Part shown: in pieces, positions 38,690-51,722 of the stretch
How positions within the stretch are numbered: the stretch's first letter is position 1
Layout: each line of letters starts with the position of its first letter
Origin: Vicugna vicugna
Taxonomy: Eukaryota
Reading direction: 5' to 3'
DNA: 64,000 nt
Assembly: GCA_013265495.1 (NCBI GenBank)
Contig: MU058844.1
Coordinates: forward strand, 2,211,520 to 2,275,519
Made by a program: the position numbers and the translations under genes
The notes under the pieces: model-generated
What the model saw: the letters and a program-made list of their open reading frames with translations, nothing else
Database searches by the model: none
Told to the model about the DNA's origin: nothing

Positions 38690-40063
38690 TCAATGGAGAA
38701 TGAAAGAAACGCATTCCTCATTCAAGAAATTTCCTATTGGCTGATTATTACTGATATTCTTTTATTAATTGTTCTTGTTATTTACTGATGAATGCATACC
38801 CTATCTCACTATAAACTATTAGCAATTTTGAAAGCACATATGGTAATACTTCAAAAACAAAATCTACATGAGGAGATTAGGATGACAGGAAGATAAAGGT
38901 GGGGGAAGTAATATGATAAATAACATAATTCAGTCAGTAATTCAAATTTGGGTTTCAGAAAACAAGTTTATATTATTACTTATTGCATTTATTTTCTATT
39001 GCTACGTTACAAATTGCTATAAGTTAGCAGCTTAAAACTATACTTACTTTTAAATTCATGATTTCTGTGGGTCAGAAGTCCAGGGCCTCATAAGGCCAAA
39101 ATTAAGATGATGGCCAGGTCTGTTACCTCACGTGGAGCTTGGGGTTTCTTGTATCTGTAGGACTGAGGTCCCCATGTGCTTGCTGGCTGTCAGCTTCTCT
39201 CAACATCTAGCAACTTCCTGTATTCCTTGTTACACGGATCCATCTGTCTTTGAAGCCAGCCACAGATAGTTTTGCTTGCACTGAATTTCTCTCATGCTTC
39301 AAATTTTGTCCTTAACCTCGAGACACTGATTTAAAGGACTCATAAGTTTAGATCAGGCTGACCAAGATAATCTCCTTTTTAAAATTTCAACTATATTCCA
39401 TATCAAAACCTATTACAGGAGTGATATCCGATATGTTCGTGATGTGAGGAATCAGAAAGGGCAAGCACACACCAGGAGATGGGCCACTTAGGAAGCATCT
39501 TAGAATTCCACCTACCACGTAATAATATGCTATTTCATCTTACATAATTACATTCGCTTACTTGCGCATGCACTGTTCCTGTATCTCCAGTAAACACCAA
39601 GGCTGTTCTACCTCCCAGTGCCATGGAGCACTCGATTGCATTCACTGTACGATGGTATGGAAGGCCTTTACCGCAACACCACCCAATGTTGGAGGAGAAA
39701 TTTCTCTCAGGCCTCAGTGTCAGAATGGGTTGCAATTTTTAAGAAACTTGCTTATTTTCTGGGCAGTACATTTTGTAACTAAGTATGTTTGTCATTTTGC
39801 TCAGAAAGCTGGATCTTAATTTTTGCCTCATTCTTCCCTGATTTGCTGTTACTTCCCCCACCTTTATTTTCCTGTCATCCTACTCTCCTCACATAGATTT
39901 TTTTTTTTGAAGTATTACCATATGTGCTTTTAAAACCGCCTTATATACATTCTGGAATGAGACAGGGTACGCATTCATAAGAAAATTAAAGAATATCAGT
40001 AATAATCGTTCAATAGGAGACTTCTTCAGTGAGGATGCTTGTCTTGCTATTACTCTCCACTGA
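38690..40063. repeat. Long inverted repeat: arms 38690-38911 and 39849-40063
   Basis: 38831-38911 equals the reverse complement of 39849-39930 with 5 substitutions and 1 indel in 82 columns. The outer parts align more loosely. Confidence 0.93.
38984..39519 (-). mobile_element. MaLR LTR (MLT1D/E-like) in the spacer of the inverted repeat
   Basis: TTTTCTATTGCTACGTTACAAAT...AGCAGCTTAAAAC...TTTCTGTGGGTCAGAAGTCCAG...GTAGGACTGAGGTCCC...CATCTTAGAATTCCACCTACCAC. Confidence 0.85.
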
Positions 40064-41919
40064 TCTGCAAACTGAGGCCAATTTTTCTCTTTCATAGGAA
40101 GAACAAGTAGCTAGACTGTTTAAAATCATCCTTACAAAGAAAACTGCCATGAAACAAATGAGTTCAGCTTCAAAAATATCATTTATAGGTGGAGAAGTTA
40201 TAAGCTTCATCAAAGGAATGAAAATTAAATTTAGTGGAGTTACAGGAATGGAAGGGAACTCAGCGAAGGCAGCTGTATCAATTAACAATTTGGCAGTGAC
40301 TCCTCTTGTCATCACGATAACATGGTGTTACATAAAACGTTTTAGAATATACGTTGATGGCCTGGAACACCTGAAACTGCTTAAGTAGAATCAAACTAAA
40401 TCAAACTTTCGGACTACTCATAGAAATCAATGTCCACTGTAGACAATGATATATAGGAAGGATCTTAAAATTAGGTTATCTAAATGGAATAAATAGAACT
40501 TTGTTAACGCCAGAGGATAGCTTGCCTCAAAGCTCATCTCTATATTTTCTGAACAAAAAGTAATTAAATTAGTACTATTTCCACTATTTATTTCTTGTGG
40601 TGACAAAAAAAAAAACCATACAATACTTTTATCTTTATATTTGGAATTACGTCTCATTTTGCCTAAATTATACAGTATCTTTTAGAGTTTCAAACATACA
40701 GTTGCTCCTCTTATTGGAAGAAGTAACTTGTCAAAGTTTCAGTCAGCCTGAACTAAATACTCTTTTCAGGATATGGCAAAAAGTAAAAGCTAACCTTTCT
40801 CTTCACTCTCCCTTTTCACGGAAGATGCTCTGGAGGATGAGGAAAGAAGTTTGCTGACGATCATTTAATAGGGTTGTCTGATTGACTTTCCATATGCTGC
40901 TTTCAGAAGCAGCATTAAACAATTTGATTCTCATTTTAAGCTATTTGAAAACTTTAGCAAAATAAAGCAACAGAAATGTACAATCATGTAGGCTCATCAG
41001 GGAAAAAAAATCACTGATAGTATTTGCCCGTGACTTGTTTGTGCTTGTATTTGTATTATACATTATTTCTGAGACCACAAACATAGCTTAATTCTCACAG
41101 CTGTCCCTTGAAATAAGACTTCTTCTTCTTCTTCTTATTACTATTATTAAGAACAACTGAGGCTGCCCAAGGTTATTCAGGTAGCAAGTTTCAGAGTAAA
41201 ATTTAAATCAGATTCTTTTAACGCCAAACCAGAGAGAATCTGGTACTAAAACCTCCATTAGTTTTCTGCTGCTTCTCTTTTATCTTTACTTCTTTTAGCT
41301 GTGTCCAATATTGAGATTTATTTTCTCTGAAATTAAGTAACTTGCTTATTAGGAATCCAAGAAACAAAGTTTTCAAGTGATTGCAATTAACACACTATCT
41401 GAGCACCTCTTCTAGCTGTCAAAGTATTTAAGGGAGAGAGAGGAAAGATAATCCTTTTGAACTGAAAGCAGCTTTGCCAAAAATATGGGGTTTGAGCAAT
41501 CACTGCCAAGCACTTTTCTTTCTCACTCATTTTCAAGATAAAGTAGAAAATAAGAAATACAGCTTTCATTGCCAGTGTTCATGGTCACATTCTTTGAGAT
41601 AATTAACAGGAATCACTTAAATCAATTTGAGCACCAGACTTATGCTTGGAACAGAATCCCGTGCACTTAACATACCCACATGCCAGCGTATGAAACCCTT
41701 AAGAGTATTCTTTAGTAACCCAGGCTGAGTAGCCCTGAGCGTTTTAACATGTTTGGAAACCAATTTTTGATATAATGATAACAAAGAATACTTTCAGGAT
41801 TTATTATCAACTGGTGGGATAATTTGGGATAAAGATACATTTAAAATTCTGTTTTGTTTAACAAAAACTTTAGTCTGTGCTAGAGCAAAAATTCAAATAA
41901 CATGCTGGATTTTGAAGAC

Positions 41920-42053
41920 TTAAAAAAAAAGGGAGACAGACTTAAAATTTAAACATTATTTGCTGAAGAACTGAGCTTACTGGTTAAAAAAAAAAAGGGG
42001 AGACAGACATAAAATTTAAACATTATTTGCTGAAAAACTTAGCTTACTGGTTA
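41920..42053. repeat. Tandem duplication, ~65-bp unit x2
   Basis: TT(A)nGGGAGACAGAC.TAAAATTTAAACATTATTTGCTGAA.AACT.AGCTTACTGG starts at both 41920 and 41984. Confidence 0.95.
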
Positions 42054-42229
42054 GGAATTGAGTGGCACAGTGGAGACCCGAAAGTAAGCAAATAATTGGT
42101 GAGGACATTTGCTTCTCCATCTGGCTTTGCCAGGGCACTTAAGCCATTAACACCCACACTACAAAGAATGGTGGGAGAAACCAGTAGCTTTGGGTGTTGC
42201 TCACGTGTACACCAGGTTCATCCTTGAGA

Positions 42230-42450
42230 GGCAGTTTTTTATGGTGTTGAGTGACATGGGCTATGCAGTCAGACTCTCTGTGTGTGAGTCTCAAGCCTGT
42301 GACACCAACTGTGTGGCCTTGGATAGTTACACAACCCCTCTGAGCCTCAGATTCCTATTTATAAGATACCTTGCAAGAATTAAATAAAAATCTTAACTCT
42401 TTCACTTAGAGCCTGGCACATAGCAAATGTTCAATAAATGTTACCTTTAT
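42230..42450 (+). mobile_element. MIR SINE
   Basis: CTGTGTGGCCTTGGATAGTTAC..ACCCCTCTGAGCCTCAG...GCCTGGCACATAGCAAATGTTCAATAAATGTTA. Confidence 0.8.
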
Positions 42451-43276
42451 CATCAAATCAATCATTTAATCAACAGCCACAGAAGCTTAAGCCCTGGTGA
42501 CCAAGGAAGCCTTCGTGGAAGGGATGGGATTTGGACTATAATGAAGACCAACTGTATTGGCCATAAGTTCACTTTAGGTCCACTTAACAATATCTTGCTG
42601 AGAGCCAGGAATAGGAGCAGGTAAGTCAGACTAAGTCCCTCCCTGTCCCTCAGTACCTCTCAGTCTAGTCATCTTATAAACACTTTCAAAACAATGAAGG
42701 AAGTGAAAACAGAGAAGTATAAACAAGATCTGTAGTTATCTACTAGGACATAAAGTTTCTAAGGTTTCTATGAGTTCAGTCACAAAATATATACATATGC
42801 TGAGAAATGATGTCTCCAAACCTGTCATCAGTCACAGACCTGACAGCAAATCTAAGATATAAATTATTTTACTCACATGTTTGTCCACCACCTTTTTTGA
42901 ACAGTATTTAAGGCTATTTACATGAATAACTGCCGTAAGTACAGAAATGAGTACAAAAATTACAATAAATGTAAACAGATAAACTAGAAAAACATAAGCT
43001 GTATACAATATTATCTTATAAAATAGTCTATAAAATATGTAATAGAGTATATTGTATTATATTCTCCACAATACACCTTATATTATATACTATTAATTAC
43101 ATGTTATGTTATATTATGGTATAAAAATATTGATTAAGAAAGTAAGGTAAAGAAAAATTAAGAGTTGAGAACATCATACGAAGCCAGGAGTCAAATATAT
43201 ATTTGGAAATGATACTACTTTATAATATTATGACACATACAGGGATATATAATATTGAAGTTTTTCTGGGCAATAG

Positions 43277-43579
43277 TGTTAGGTTTTAAGGAACCTCATA
43301 CATGCTCCTGCTATGCCCTACGTAAATTCAGAATCAACTGAGAGACGGAAATGGGACTCAGACAAATAGAGTAAAAATATCCCCTTATTACTGATAAGGG
43401 CTAGGTTGAAATATATGACTTAGGTGTGAAGCAACTATGGGCTTCTTAATACACAACTTCAGCAACAGACTAGGTCATCAGTCCTAGGCAATGCTGATCA
43501 ATCACAGGCTGCAGAATACAGTGATCCTTAGTGCACTTAGTGCATATGAAGGGGCAAAACGGCACGCGTGCTCCCAACA
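43277..43579 (-). mobile_element. Possible ERV solo LTR
   Basis: TGTT...AACA termini (reverse strand begins TGTTGGGAGC) and an abrupt shift from AT-rich flank. No convincing TSD. Confidence 0.3.
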
Positions 43580-44519
43580 GGCAGGCATCTTCCCCTAAAG
43601 AAGATGAACCACTCAGGCTGATTTCCTTCTCCCACTCCCCAATCATCCTGATCATTCTTCCTCCCTTAGGAGGAGTGAGTGAAGGGGCCAACAGAGGATG
43701 TACCACTTCCCAGGATGGTGGCCTGTCAAACCATCGGGCTTAGCCATCAAATTCAATATAGCTCTCCACGTAGAGAGAAAATCAGCCCATTTTTTAGGAC
43801 AGTAATGCTCCTACCTTCATGAAGCCTGCCCCCATGCCAACCACCACTCCTAGGTGTCCTCTGGAAGTCTGTGGATCTTTGACCCTAGAAGGCTCTAAAA
43901 TGGACCCAAGGGCATCAGTGAATTTATCTTAAAGGCTTCTCCGTACCTGAGATTGAAACTTCACTCTCAGTTCTATGTTCTATGTCAAATTATATCAAGC
44001 CACATTATCTAATAACAGAACTTACGAAAGCTTCTGCAATGAAATGAAATGCTACATAAATCAACGCCAGTAAGACAATTCCAGAAACAAAAAGAGGACA
44101 CAGATTTGCATATAGCTCCCCTACCTCTATAATGTTTTTGAGGAAAAATTAAAAGCGCACATTAATGTTTCTTGTACATCAAAGTCTACACTTGTTTAAA
44201 TTCAAAGAGGTTACAGTACAAAATCAGAATTGCTTGCCTTGTGATTTAAAAGTCCAAACAATTTGCAGTCCAAACCTCCCCTGTCTCAATTCCTTTTGCT
44301 TCATCCCTACTAGATAAATTCTTCACGCTTGGATCAAGCTGGATTCTTTCAGTAACTATGATCTGAGTGGCCGCTTCTAAATACAGATATAGTTCCCTCC
44401 GAGGCACATAAATTGTTATTCAGTCTCCCATGACCTTGATACTTGAATAGCATGAAGCATTAATGGCACACACAATATTATCACAATATTGACCCTAATC
44501 CACATCAAATTTTAAAAAA

Positions 44520-44790
44520 CAAAACAAACTATAGTTACCAAAGGGGAAAGGGCAGGGGAGGGATAAATTAGGAATTTGGTACCAACAGGTACGCATTACT
44601 ATATATAAAATAGGTAAACAACAAGTATCTGCTGTATAGCACAGGGAGTTATATTCAGTTTCTTGTACTAATGTAATGGAAAAGAATCTGAAAATATATG
44701 TACATATGTGGATGCATATGTGTAACTGAATCACTTTGCTGTACACCTGAAACTGACATTGTAAATCAACTACACTTTAATAAAAAAAAA
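44520..44790 (+). mobile_element. Artiodactyl-type LINE-1 3' end with poly(A)
   Basis: GTTACCAAAGGGGAAAGGG..GGGATAAATTAGGAATTTGG...CTGTATAGCACAGGGA...AACTGAATCACTTTGCTGTACACCTGAAACT...TGTAAATCAACTACACTTTAATAAAAAAAAA. Confidence 0.9.
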
Positions 44791-45066
44791 GAAATCACTA
44801 AAAAAATTTAATACTGAGCCCCTAAAAAAGTTATTCTAGGCAAAAGTATCTTCCTCACAACTACTCCATACTCTTGCTGGAGCCCCAAGAAGAGAGTTGA
44901 TGGTTCCTGAGAAGTCAGACGGTAGAAGAAATCTTGGTTTAACTTCATCCAGATGTTGGTCATTTCATGCTCATTGTCTCTAGTCTGCAAAGTTTGAGCT
45001 CAAAAACAATTTGAAGAAACCTCCCACCTGGAGTTAAATTATGGCACTCTTTTACCACTATTAGAG

Positions 45067-45254
45067 GAGCTGTTCTCAAAGTGTCATCCTGAACTGGCAG
45101 CATCAGCATCACTTAGGAGCTGGTCAGGAAGGCAAACCTCAGGTCCCACTCCAGGGCTCAGGAATCAGAAACCCTAGAAGGGGTCCTGCCATCCATCAGT
45201 GATTTAACAAACCCTCCAGGTCGCTCTGATGTATCTATGGTAAGAGCATCACTG
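45067..45254. mobile_element. MER5A-like hAT-Charlie MITE
   Basis: GTTCTCAAAGTGT...GCAGCATCAGCATCAC.TAGGAGCT...GAATCAGAAAC...TTTAACAAACCCTCCAGGT..CTCTGATG...AGAGCATCACTG. Confidence 0.85.
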
Positions 45255-45840
45255 AACTAGAAACATCCCCAAACTTAATGTCTCTTTTCTCAGAGTATCA
45301 TTTGAGATATTTCTGTTTCTTGTACAATTTTTAAATAGCCTGTCTCCTAGCACAGGTGACTGACGGCAGGCCTAATCGCCAGGTCTGCCTGAAGCTTCTT
45401 TTTCTTTATGCAAATGCAAAGCCCTTGAATTCCCATTTTCCTGCTAAGCCCTGGGTTTCTGGTACCTGGTGCTGCTTTGACTGTGTGTTCTGTCAGGTGA
45501 CAGGCTCTCTTGTAAGCAAAGATTTTCAGCCTAGTGTTTCTCTAGCCTGGAAGCTATGTGCCCCAGGGGCTTTTACCCTTGCTTGTGCTGTGGAATTTAA
45601 GAAATCTGCCTCCCGGAGAGTTCCTGCCTCTTAGGCTTTTTGTTTCAGCTGGAGAACTCAGCAGATTCCTAAACTGAAGATTCTGTTGTTTCTGAAGCCT
45701 GTGGCCCTTGGGAGGCTAGTAAAAAAACAATCCTTCTACCGTATTCTCATCCAGACTTTACTCAACATATCAAAGTTCCAGGACTTAATTAACATTTCTG
45801 TCTCTTATGTCCTATTCTGCAGAACAAATTTCTCCTCTAG

Positions 45841-45965
45841 CATGGTGGTTTCTCAACTTTGGCCATATATTTGAATCACCTCTCGAATTTTAAAACATCC
45901 TAATGCGTAGCCCCCCCTCCCCGACTATTACAATGAGAATCTCTGCAGGTAGGACCCATGTATTT
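45841..45965. mobile_element. MER5-family fragment
   Basis: GTGGTTTCTCAACTTTGGC..TATATTTGAATCACCT...TTTAAAA.ATCCTAATGC. Confidence 0.6.
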
Positions 45966-46453
45966 GACTTCCCTTAGCCATTTTTTCAGTGTGAGTCTGT
46001 TACTATTTTTAGTTTAACCAGTTTAATGTGCTTTTTAATTTGGTTCCTTTACTTCTGTAGTACTGTGCTAATGAGAGCCTTCTCTTTTCTTTCTGGTTCA
46101 GACCTTTGTTTTTCAGATATAGTCTTCTAGATTTTTTTCTTGTAGCATCTTCCATAGAGACATTAAAAATCAATAAATTATAAATCTGACAAAAGTAACA
46201 TTCTTCAAAGAAGTGTTTGGAAATCTTTACCTTGAATTTTCTAACCTTGAACATGTTCTCCCACCATATTAGTTTCTAACCCAGGTTTGGACTTGACCTG
46301 TTATTGTCCTGTCTAGCCTTTTTTTAAGATGCCTTATTTTCATTGGAACTTCCCTAATTCCACAAATTTCTCATTCTAACACTCCTAGGGCAAAGTACGG
46401 TAAACCTTGTCTTGAGTTTGCTAGGAACAGAGGCTTACGTTGTGTTTGTTTAG

Positions 46454-46498
46454 GCGCGCACGCGCGCACACACGCGCACACACACGCACACACACACG
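46454..46498. repeat. Mixed (CG)/(CA) microsatellite
   Basis: GCGCGCACGCGCGCACACACGCGCACACACACGCACACACACACG. Confidence 0.95.
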
Positions 46499-47597
46499 AA
46501 ATAATTCAAGAATTATTGCTTGGTAAGGTTGTCATCCACCAGGTTGTACAATTAATTGGCTTGTGATATCAGTGTACACTATACGAGGTGCAGATAGATG
46601 GGCCCCAAAGGATACTCACTGTCACATCATGCCGTTATTTTTGCTAACAATGTGGGCTTTGATACAGTAAATGGTATGTATGCCAACATACATTAAATAC
46701 TCCATTTCTTAACATATGTAAGAAGAAAATAAATAAAATATATCTAAAAGACATTGAGGCTGGATCAATGTTTTTGTAAGGGTGTTCTCTCTGGAGTAGT
46801 GATATCAAAACTCTGATTAAAGACATAAATATGAAAGAAATCAAATCCAGGACATTTAAGATAAAAATCCACCCTAATAACTAACTATGTTGAATCTATA
46901 ACATACATAGAATGGCGACTGAGGAGATGCACACATTTTGGTACTGAGATTAAAAAGGAGGATCACAGGGTGAGATACTGCCACAGCCAGTTAACTACTA
47001 CTCAGCCCCCTTCTCCTATTGGCAGGATGATTTTTGTCATGCTGGTGACGGTGAAGCCTTACGACAGACAACAAATTTAAAGATTCTGAACCCACGGAAG
47101 ACAGCCCTCTCTTCACCTTATGCTGCTACAGAGCTGACTTACCTGGGGGCCTTTGTTCTGGTCTACAGTCACCAACAAGCTTTCGATTATAATTAGGCCC
47201 CTAAGTGAGGCTACAGAGACTACAGAAAACATATTGGTGGCCATAAGAGGGTTCAGGTTAGCATTCTGGCTTAGTACAGTTTTTTGAATTTGTTTAAAGC
47301 GATTCTCACCCTAAGAGATAAAGCCAAACTTCTAACTGTGTAAGATTTTGCAATATTTTACCACTGATACTGAATAGCAGAAAACAAATTTAGTGTAATA
47401 ATTATTTTGAAGGCAGTTGGCTATTAGCTGCTCCTCCGTGGGACATCCTCTGTAAATGCACATGTTTTCCTATTTAAAATGACTATAGTTACCCTCTGGT
47501 AATATACACACCGTCATCATCATCACCATCATCACTATCATCACGAGTGCACAGCAGTTGTATGCACAGAAGTTCTACATATTAAAAGGCACAGCTT

Positions 47598-47695
47598 GTG
47601 CATGCATGACTGGGACATTGTGCTGTGTATCAGAAATTGATACATTATAACTGATGGTACTTCAATTAAAAATAAATAAATAAATAAGAATTTTA
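47598..47695 (+). mobile_element. 5'-truncated young LINE-1 3' tail (camelid-like)
   Basis: GTGCATGCATGACTGGGACATTGTGCTGTGTATCAGAAATTGATACATTATAACTGA..GTACTTCAATT plus A-rich tail; homologous to 1478-1546. Confidence 0.8.
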
Positions 47696-48914
47696 AAAAG
47701 CCATAGTTTATTATACTTTGTGTCTCAATAAAGTCTGTTAGAAGGAACAATTTGCTTTGTTAGGATGGGAAAGATTAAAACTTAAAAAAAAAAATACTGA
47801 ATTACTCCATCATAAAATAAAGAGCTGAGTTTGAAAGGTTCCAAGCATCTTGGTTTTCAGTCCAACTTCTTTGTTTTCAATTACTGTGATTGACTCTCTC
47901 CACCTCCTCCCATCCTCATGAGATTACTGATTTCAGCCCACACTAAATTGTCCTTCTGGCATCCTTACTTGGGGAACAGGGGCAGTAAGGGGAAAGGGAA
48001 CACGAACTGACTTTGCTATTAGATAGTGTTTCTAAAGCCTTTGCCAAATTCCCTACCAATAATATTTGGAGACATTCAGTTAGGGTTAGAGAATACATTT
48101 TGTGAGAAGTAAGATATTGGACACCTATTAAATTTCTGGAGCCTAAGGGGATGATGGTGAATGGAGTCCTGAATAAACTGGGATAAAACTGAAGTAAAAA
48201 ATCTTTCTGGCAAGTAAAAGTGAAATATTGCCATTTTCTGACAACAAGAAAAGGAAATGAGAAAATAAACACGTGAACAAAGAAAAAAAATGCTAAGGTC
48301 CCAAAAGAGACACAGACTAGAAAGGGTATGATTAAATGAAATCTTCAGATCACCAGTTCTTGTTTCTTTTAAATTGAATTTTACACTTAAACATTGCATT
48401 GGATACAAAGAAGCATTACCATTTAGGGGTATGGATCTACGAAGAATAACCATAAATTACGATAGATTTTTAAAAACAAAGAAAACATGTACATGTTTTC
48501 AGAAATAATATCCCAGCAAGTCAACATCAAATGCTATGATGATTATGACGACTATGTTGATATAAACAAAAGCCATTGACTACTTTTGATTTTGACTTGC
48601 ATATACTCATTCATTATATAGATTTATTAATTTTGACTTAAGTTAATAAAATACTGAGATTTAAAAAATAAATGAATTAAAATAATGGTGAATTCACTAA
48701 ATGCAGTAATATATTTCAGTAAGTACTATACCAAACAACCAAGATCAAAAAACAGTTGTTTGTAAAAAAGAAATTAGAGGGGATAGACAAAAAATGTGCT
48801 TGTATTTTTTTCCCCGATGTCAATGATGTCAATGCTAGATAAATCAACTCCAAAAATATTAGAAATTGTCCCATCGGTATAACTAGGAAATGGATAAGAA
48901 AACAAATTGAAAAG

Positions 48915-49345
48915 GTCTATATTAGGGCAACTTACATTAGCAGCTGTAACAAACAATTCAAAATTCCAATGGCTTAATGCAGTAAAAATTTATATCTTGC
49001 TGACATGAATACCCAGTTCAGGTCAACAGGTTTACTGTCTCCCAAGTTGTTATTCAGGGATTCAAATATCTTTTATGCTAGAACATCACCATCCTCACCT
49101 TTGGACTTCAAGGTCATGGCAGATCTTCTGTTGACAGATTGAAGAGAAAGAATGTGGAGAAAGTGTACTTACGCTTTGCTGATTTAGACCAGATGTTGCA
49201 CAAAACTTCCTCTTCCAATCAGTTGGCAAGAACTATCCACATGACCCGACCTAGAATCAAAGAAAGTGGAAAATGTATATAAGCTGAATGCTCAAGAAGA
49301 AAATGAAAGTTTGGTGAATATATGAAATTGTCTTAGCCATCATGT
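48915..49345 (-). mobile_element. Old MaLR LTR (MLT1J/K/L-like)
   Basis: TAGCAGCTGTAACAAACAATTCAAAATTCCAATGGCTTAA...CAGTTGGCAAGAACTA..CACATGACC. Confidence 0.65.
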
Positions 49346-50704
49346 TTAACCTGGCTAAAGCTTAATTCTACATAATATTTATTTCTCACAACAGTAATAA
49401 AAATTGTAATAAATGCTGTTTGAATTTTACAATCTACCCACATCAATGTTATATGATTTTTTTTTAATACGTGTCAATTTCAGGGAACAGAATGACTGCC
49501 AAGCACTTCCACAGGGCAACATGGCCTTGATATGGTCTTCAGCCTTCAGGTTCAGCAGCTGACTAACGTAATCAGTCATGGTCAAATCAGACTGTAGGTT
49601 GACGAACGACACCAAGAAAAAATCATGAGGCTTAAAATATGTACAAGAAAGTCCATTTATGAATGTGAATATTAAGTCATTTCCAGTGATGATAACGCTC
49701 ACTTTTTCGATCTAGAGCCCCTTTCTCAGATTTTTTTTTTTTTTGGCTGAGTACAGGTTCAATGTTAAGAAAGTTGTGTTGTTCTGTGGCAGTATTAGTA
49801 AGATTCTAATCCTGGCCTTCCTACATAGAAGCTGTGTGATCTCAAGCAATTTATTTAGCCCTCCCTGCTTCCATCCTCAGTTTACAAATCTATTAAATGT
49901 ACACAATTATTATACCTTCTACAGAAGGTTGTTCTGAAAATTACATGCAAGTCAATGAAAATCTCATAAGTTTCTCACATGTAGTGAGTATTCCATCTAT
50001 GCCAGTTATTTTCACCCAGCCCGTGACGAGATCCAGGAAAACCTCTCCTCTCCATGTCAGAAATGATCTCTTTAGTGACTATTACTTATGTTCAACAAAT
50101 TTAATACTTCCTCCAAACAATGCTGGCTACAATAACATACTATTCTTCCTTGTATTTGATTTTTCTAGACCACAATCTTCTTCAGTTTACTTTTTCTTTC
50201 TTTAACTATATTATCATCACTAATATCATCAAGAGTCAAGAAGCTGCTCCCAAGGGCTTGGGAGGAATGGCCTCTTTTCATTGTGCATTTTTAAGATCAG
50301 TCCTACATCATAAGAACAATCTAAAGTAACTTCAGTTTCTTGGGTTGGAGACCTCACTGTGACTCTATCCTTCACCCTATTTATATACAAAAATCTGTAG
50401 TTTTTCCTGTTCCAATGGAAACAATTACATCTTCATTCTTGGATGAACATCAAAGAGTCAACAAGGATCTCAGTATCTATACATGCTTTTACATTTCTCT
50501 TCCTTCAGGGCTTTACTGTACTGCCCTGTTTCCCAACTGCACATACAAAGAAAAGATTAGTAAAGTTTCCCATCTCTGCCTAAGTTGAGGTGTTAAGTAA
50601 AAACTATAGGAAGTACACTTGAGAAAAAGAAGATGTGAAGAAAGGTAGAGGAAACTTTCAGGACTGGTTATTAATTGACCTCTTAGAGCTAACACGTACT
50701 CAGG

Positions 50705-50798
50705 CAGGGTCATTACAGTCCCAAAATCCAGGTGGCATCATTTACGTAGAGTACCAAATGAATAGTGCCTTTAGGAATTCTGCAATGCAGTGGCTCTC
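50705..50798. mobile_element. MER91-like hAT-Tip100 hairpin fragment
   Basis: CCAGGTGGCATCATTTAC...ATGAATAGTGCCTTTAGG forms a degenerate palindromic core. Confidence 0.45.
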
Positions 50799-51222
50799 AT
50801 TCTGAGCATATAATTTCAACTTTCCCTTAAATATAGAACCAACACCCTTAGATCAGCAGCAGATTCAAAACCAGTGTCATCAAGTGAATTCAGAGCACAT
50901 TTTCTTTCATTTCCTTTCACAATATGTTTGCACCTACAGTGAATGAAAGTCCATTGGCAGATGTGGAGATGTCTGAGCCATTAATTACTGTAATCTCTTT
51001 TACATTTGCTCTCTTGTATTTTTAGTATGTTGATATTCAAAATAAACCTTTAAAGTATCAAAAATGCCACTGTTTACTAATTCAACAGTACTTATCAAGA
51101 GGCCTACAAATTGCTAGGTACATTGGGAATATAATGATTAAAAAAACAACAATATGATACATGGTATTAACCCTCATGGGAAAATAGATTTTAGTCAATA
51201 TTCACATATAAACCATAAAAAA

Positions 51223-51722
51223 CTGTACCAGTTATCTTGTACTGTGTGACAAACAATACCAAATTTTGGTGGCTTAGAACACCCATTTATTTAGTTCACA
51301 ACTTCATAATTGAGCAACTTGGGCTGTGTTATGCTTTCAGTTTGCACTGGGCTCACACTCATGTACCTTCAGCCAGCTGCTGGGTTGGTTCAGGGCTGGC
51401 TGGCCTAGATTGATCTCAGCTTATGTGGCTTTCCTCTACTCTGTGTGCTCTTTCAACAGGCTAGTGCCAGCTTGTTTATATGATGACTGCGAAGGGCTCC
51501 TAGGGAGTAAATGAAAACCTGCAATGTTTTTGGAGAACTACCCTCAAAACTGGCACAACATCAATACATTCTGTTGACTAAAACAAATCAGAAGGCCAGT
51601 CTAAATTCAAAATTCAAGGAATAAGAAATTAGCATCTACTTTTTGATTGTAGGAGTTGAAAAGTCATGTTGCAAAGGATCTAAGGAAGGGAATAACTGCA
51701 ACAATTAAAAAACAAAACTACC
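51223..51722 (-). mobile_element. MaLR LTR (MLT1H/I-like)
   Basis: TGTACCAGTTATC..TACTGTGTGACAAAC...GGTGGCTTAGAACA..CATTTATTTAG.TCACA...CATTCTGTTGACTAAAACAAATCA.AAGGCCAG. Confidence 0.75.
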
